Assembly: GCF_964204645.1 (NCBI RefSeq)
Contig: NC_134029.1
Location: 14,162,850-14,226,849, forward strand
Length of the DNA stretch: 64,000 nt
Origin: Tubulanus polymorphus
Lineage: Eukaryota; Animalia; Nemertea
Direction of reading: 5' to 3'
Shown: positions 60,862-64,000 of the stretch, piece by piece
Position numbering within the stretch: position 1 is the stretch's first letter
How the letters are laid out: each line of letters opens with the position of its first letter
Made by a program: the position numbers and the translations under genes
Notes under the pieces: generated by a model
Seen by the model: the letters and a program-made list of their open reading frames with translations, nothing else
Database searches by the model: none
Told to the model about the DNA's origin: nothing

Positions 60862-62539
60862 CTATACCTTTAACCTTGTCAAGCCAGTCTGAAATTTTAC
60901 CAAATTGGTTACCATGGCAACGGCCATTAAGATTTGAAAAGGAATTCTCTGGAAATGCTTTTTGATACTCATAATTGCTCAAATTTGAACTAATCATCAA
61001 CAAGTGGTTTCGTGGCTAAAAGTATCTTTTATCAATTAGGCCTATAACCTATTTTTTGATTTAGTAGTCAAGAAATTAATTTTTAATTCTTCAATTAGTG
61101 TTAAAACGAGACTTTTGATCGGCCGCGCTGATTCTTTCCCAACCCGGAAGCGTGACGTCATTCTGAGAACCCAAACCAAAACAACATGGTGTAGTGTATA
61201 AAAACAAACAGCGATTAAAGTGCTTAATAGGGACTCAAATACATCAGATTCCAATCAAACGTCGAAGTTTAGGAAGCCAACAGTTGTTATTAATAGACAG
61301 TCGAAATCATTCCATTTAATTTGGACCTGATGCCTCAGAAGGAAGCAATTTGGGACTTAAGTACAGCATATTTCTACATCATGGAGCTGCGAGCATTAAT
61401 CATCATTTTAGTCATTCGCTCTTCATAAAAACCACACAGAGGGGATGACTGATATAGACATCACAGATATTTCTGTGGGTAGAGATATTTTTATCTAGGA
61501 CTGGACCATAAAAGCGTCCTGAAACCGTAAACTTGTTCGTGAATCCCAGCCCAGCCTGCGCCATCCCAGCCGTGTAATAGTAATATGTGCTGCATACATA
61601 CAGTCAGTATGTTGAACATACTACAGTGATGTGGGTCACTGGGGAAAGCCAATACTATATGCAGTGGAAAGCGCGTTAATACTAGGTGTTGAATTTGCAG
61701 TAATAGCGTCACTTGGCAGAATAAAAGGGTCTCAGATGATAAAAACATAAGTTTTGTGTATCCAAGTTTATGTGTGCCGTAATATTTGCGAGAATTCTCT
61801 AAAGTGTGAAGCTAGTTTACACATAGGCCGGATGTTTTCGCTCTTACGGTCCATCATCTTAGGGCCAAATCTTTGGTTTTTGGCCACCAAAATTTGTCGC
61901 TGCCTTTGTTGAACAGTTCATAGCTACACACAGCCAAGGCTTCAAAAGACAGTAAAATTAGCACGATATTCAACGTGAATGAGCATTGTATTATAACGCT
62001 TCTGAGTGTGCTGCAGGCAATGTGTTCTCAGAATGACGTCATCAGCATCACCGCATAAACGCGAGCATCCTGTTGCTAGGGTCGTTGCTAGAGGCTTTTC
62101 TGGAGTTTGGATAAAGATATTTAGAAAATCTTTTCACGAGACTGTGCATGTGCATACGGTGCATGTTTTATACAAAAAAAAATTAGATTTAAAAATTTTT
62201 CCCAAACCTCTTCATGACCCCTTTGAAAATATTAAGAGTAGATATTACTGGTTGAGTTTTTTAATCTTGATTATTAAAATCAGCGTGAAAATATCAGTCA
62301 AGTGCAAAAAAGAGTGAAATTATCTTTTCATTCCCCAGAGCAGTATCCAAATAGGGAAAAATTTCACAATTATACATTTTTGATACCATAAGAAGGGTAA
62401 GAAGTATGTTGCCATGGCAACTAGATAACAGATAATGAGAAAAATGGCACCTCAAATTTCTGAAACTTCGAGGTTCCTACTTTCTAAAAATGATGGGTGC
62501 CAAGCTTTAACCTTTTATGCACACTCGGCTCAATAAGCT

Positions 62540-62699
62540 CCTGGACTATGTAGTTCTTGACATATTCTATCATTGTGGTGAGTTTCACTAGGTCATTGGC
62601 TTTTGTATATGGTCACCAGGGGGCGTTGAATACTGTAACTGTTAGAATGTTGAGCATTTGAAACCACTTCCCAAGTGGGCATGGTGTCCCTGGACCCCT
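62540..62699 (+). repeat. 3' end of HINE family A
   Basis: Matches 43510-43650. Confidence 0.7.
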
Positions 62700-62700
62700 C

Positions 62701-64000
62701 TAAGACGACATTTGCATTTCTTTCAACTGAACCAGAATCCAAATATATTTCTAGCAGTATTGAAACTTTTTTATGCGGTCCCAAATCTTTTAAATTATTC
62801 CAAAAATCCATTGGATTTTGGTTTTTAGACGTCTCTAAGTCCAAACTTATACCCCTGCAGTATCTTCATTTGTAAAATCTATGTCGCCAGTCAAAATTGT
62901 ATCTTGCTTCTATTCCATTTGAATTTGATGTTTTTGTTTTTTTTCCGGCACATGCGAATCCAAAGACCATGGAGTTCATAATTCCAATAATGACTGCGAG
63001 GTTTTTGATACGAATTTCTACGCTGATGTTTAGGGCTATTAACAGGAATTTCATGTTTCATTTCCTTAGTTATCTTTAAGACAATGGTGTCATAAATATG
63101 ATAAACTGCTGTCTGAGTTTCTTGGCAGAGTTCTATGCTCTCAATTAGAGAAATAATTGCATTCCTAGCATTGTCAGAGCTGAACATTTATCATTTTAAT
63201 CTAAATCAAGGTCGTTCAACCTGTGCTACAAGTCATGTATTGCGTTGAATGGTAGGTTGATGCCTTGCACTTCACAACATGGCGTATTGTTGATTTCTAC
63301 AGTGAGCAATGAATGATTGGGCAATTTTGATCCTTGGCCAATGAGTGATTGTACATTATACTTGTTATGGATATGAGTTCCTGTGGCATGTGAGTGAAAA
63401 TAAACTTGTTGTTCTGTAGCTGTAACCATTACGTTAGGGTTATATTATCTGAGGCTCTTTACAACACGAAACAATACTTACTGGCAATTTCGCTCATAGT
63501 AGAAATTGTAAATCGTTTAACATCTTTTAGAATGTCATAAGGTAATAAGAAATAGTCTACAACAGATTTACCATGACTCGAAATATAAGTATTGTTGTTA
63601 CCATCATACCTCCCGTTTAGTAGAGCCATTTTGGCTTCAACAAGAGATCTGTCATTCTTATTGAATTCAATAAGTGATCCACCATGAGGGTTAATAGATT
63701 TATCTAAAATAGATCTGGAAGGCTATCTACATCAGGGATATAATCTTTTAATGAACCAACCTTCCCGAGTCACAGGATAAGTAGACTTGGGATGATAAGT
63801 GTGAGTAAAAACTTGACGAATCTCTACATCAGGGGAACCCTCTAGTGGTAAATAACAGCAGAAAATTGAGATTTTCATATCAGTTAATCTATGCTTTAAC
63901 GTAGTCCCAAAATTCCATCGAAGGCGTTATCACAAACTTTTGTGTCGTACAGCTGAGTGAGGTGCTGCATTATGAAAATACCTATACCACCAAAAAATTG
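62701..64000 (-). pseudogene. Non-LTR retrotransposon (LINE) ORF2 AP-endonuclease region, decayed, running off the window
   Basis: NPHG, LLNGR, GKSVVDYFL, LPNHSLL (xDH position), CCYLP, followed by NPMDFWNNLKDLGP. Confidence 0.75.

Overview
AT-rich eukaryotic DNA, probably from a marine invertebrate (inferred from spliceosomal introns and the TE families present). A + strand host gene for a long coiled-coil protein crosses the window as at least 7 short exons (10496-58827). Its introns and upstream region are packed with mostly decayed transposable elements: a Gypsy element with 96-bp LTRs, BEL/Pao, DIRS, Penelope-like elements with hammerhead ribozyme motifs, a LINE, piggyBac and Sola1-like transposase remnants, nested MITEs, several Helentron-like (HINE/DINE-type) non-autonomous families, a tRNA-derived SINE and a 31-bp palindromic satellite. 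The standout is a two-gene P-element-like DNA transposon (15161-20732). Its transposase starts with a RAG1-N-terminal-like C4 zinc-finger motif instead of a THAP domain and stops just after the catalytic Glu. A separate, convergently transcribed, intron-containing gene carries the 'RYxAGY...DRGGL' module that normally lies at the C-terminus of P/THAP9-type transposases. A second, divergent P-like remnant (4409-6296) shows the same tail-to-tail layout. All family assignments come from motif recognition by eye; no database searches were run.
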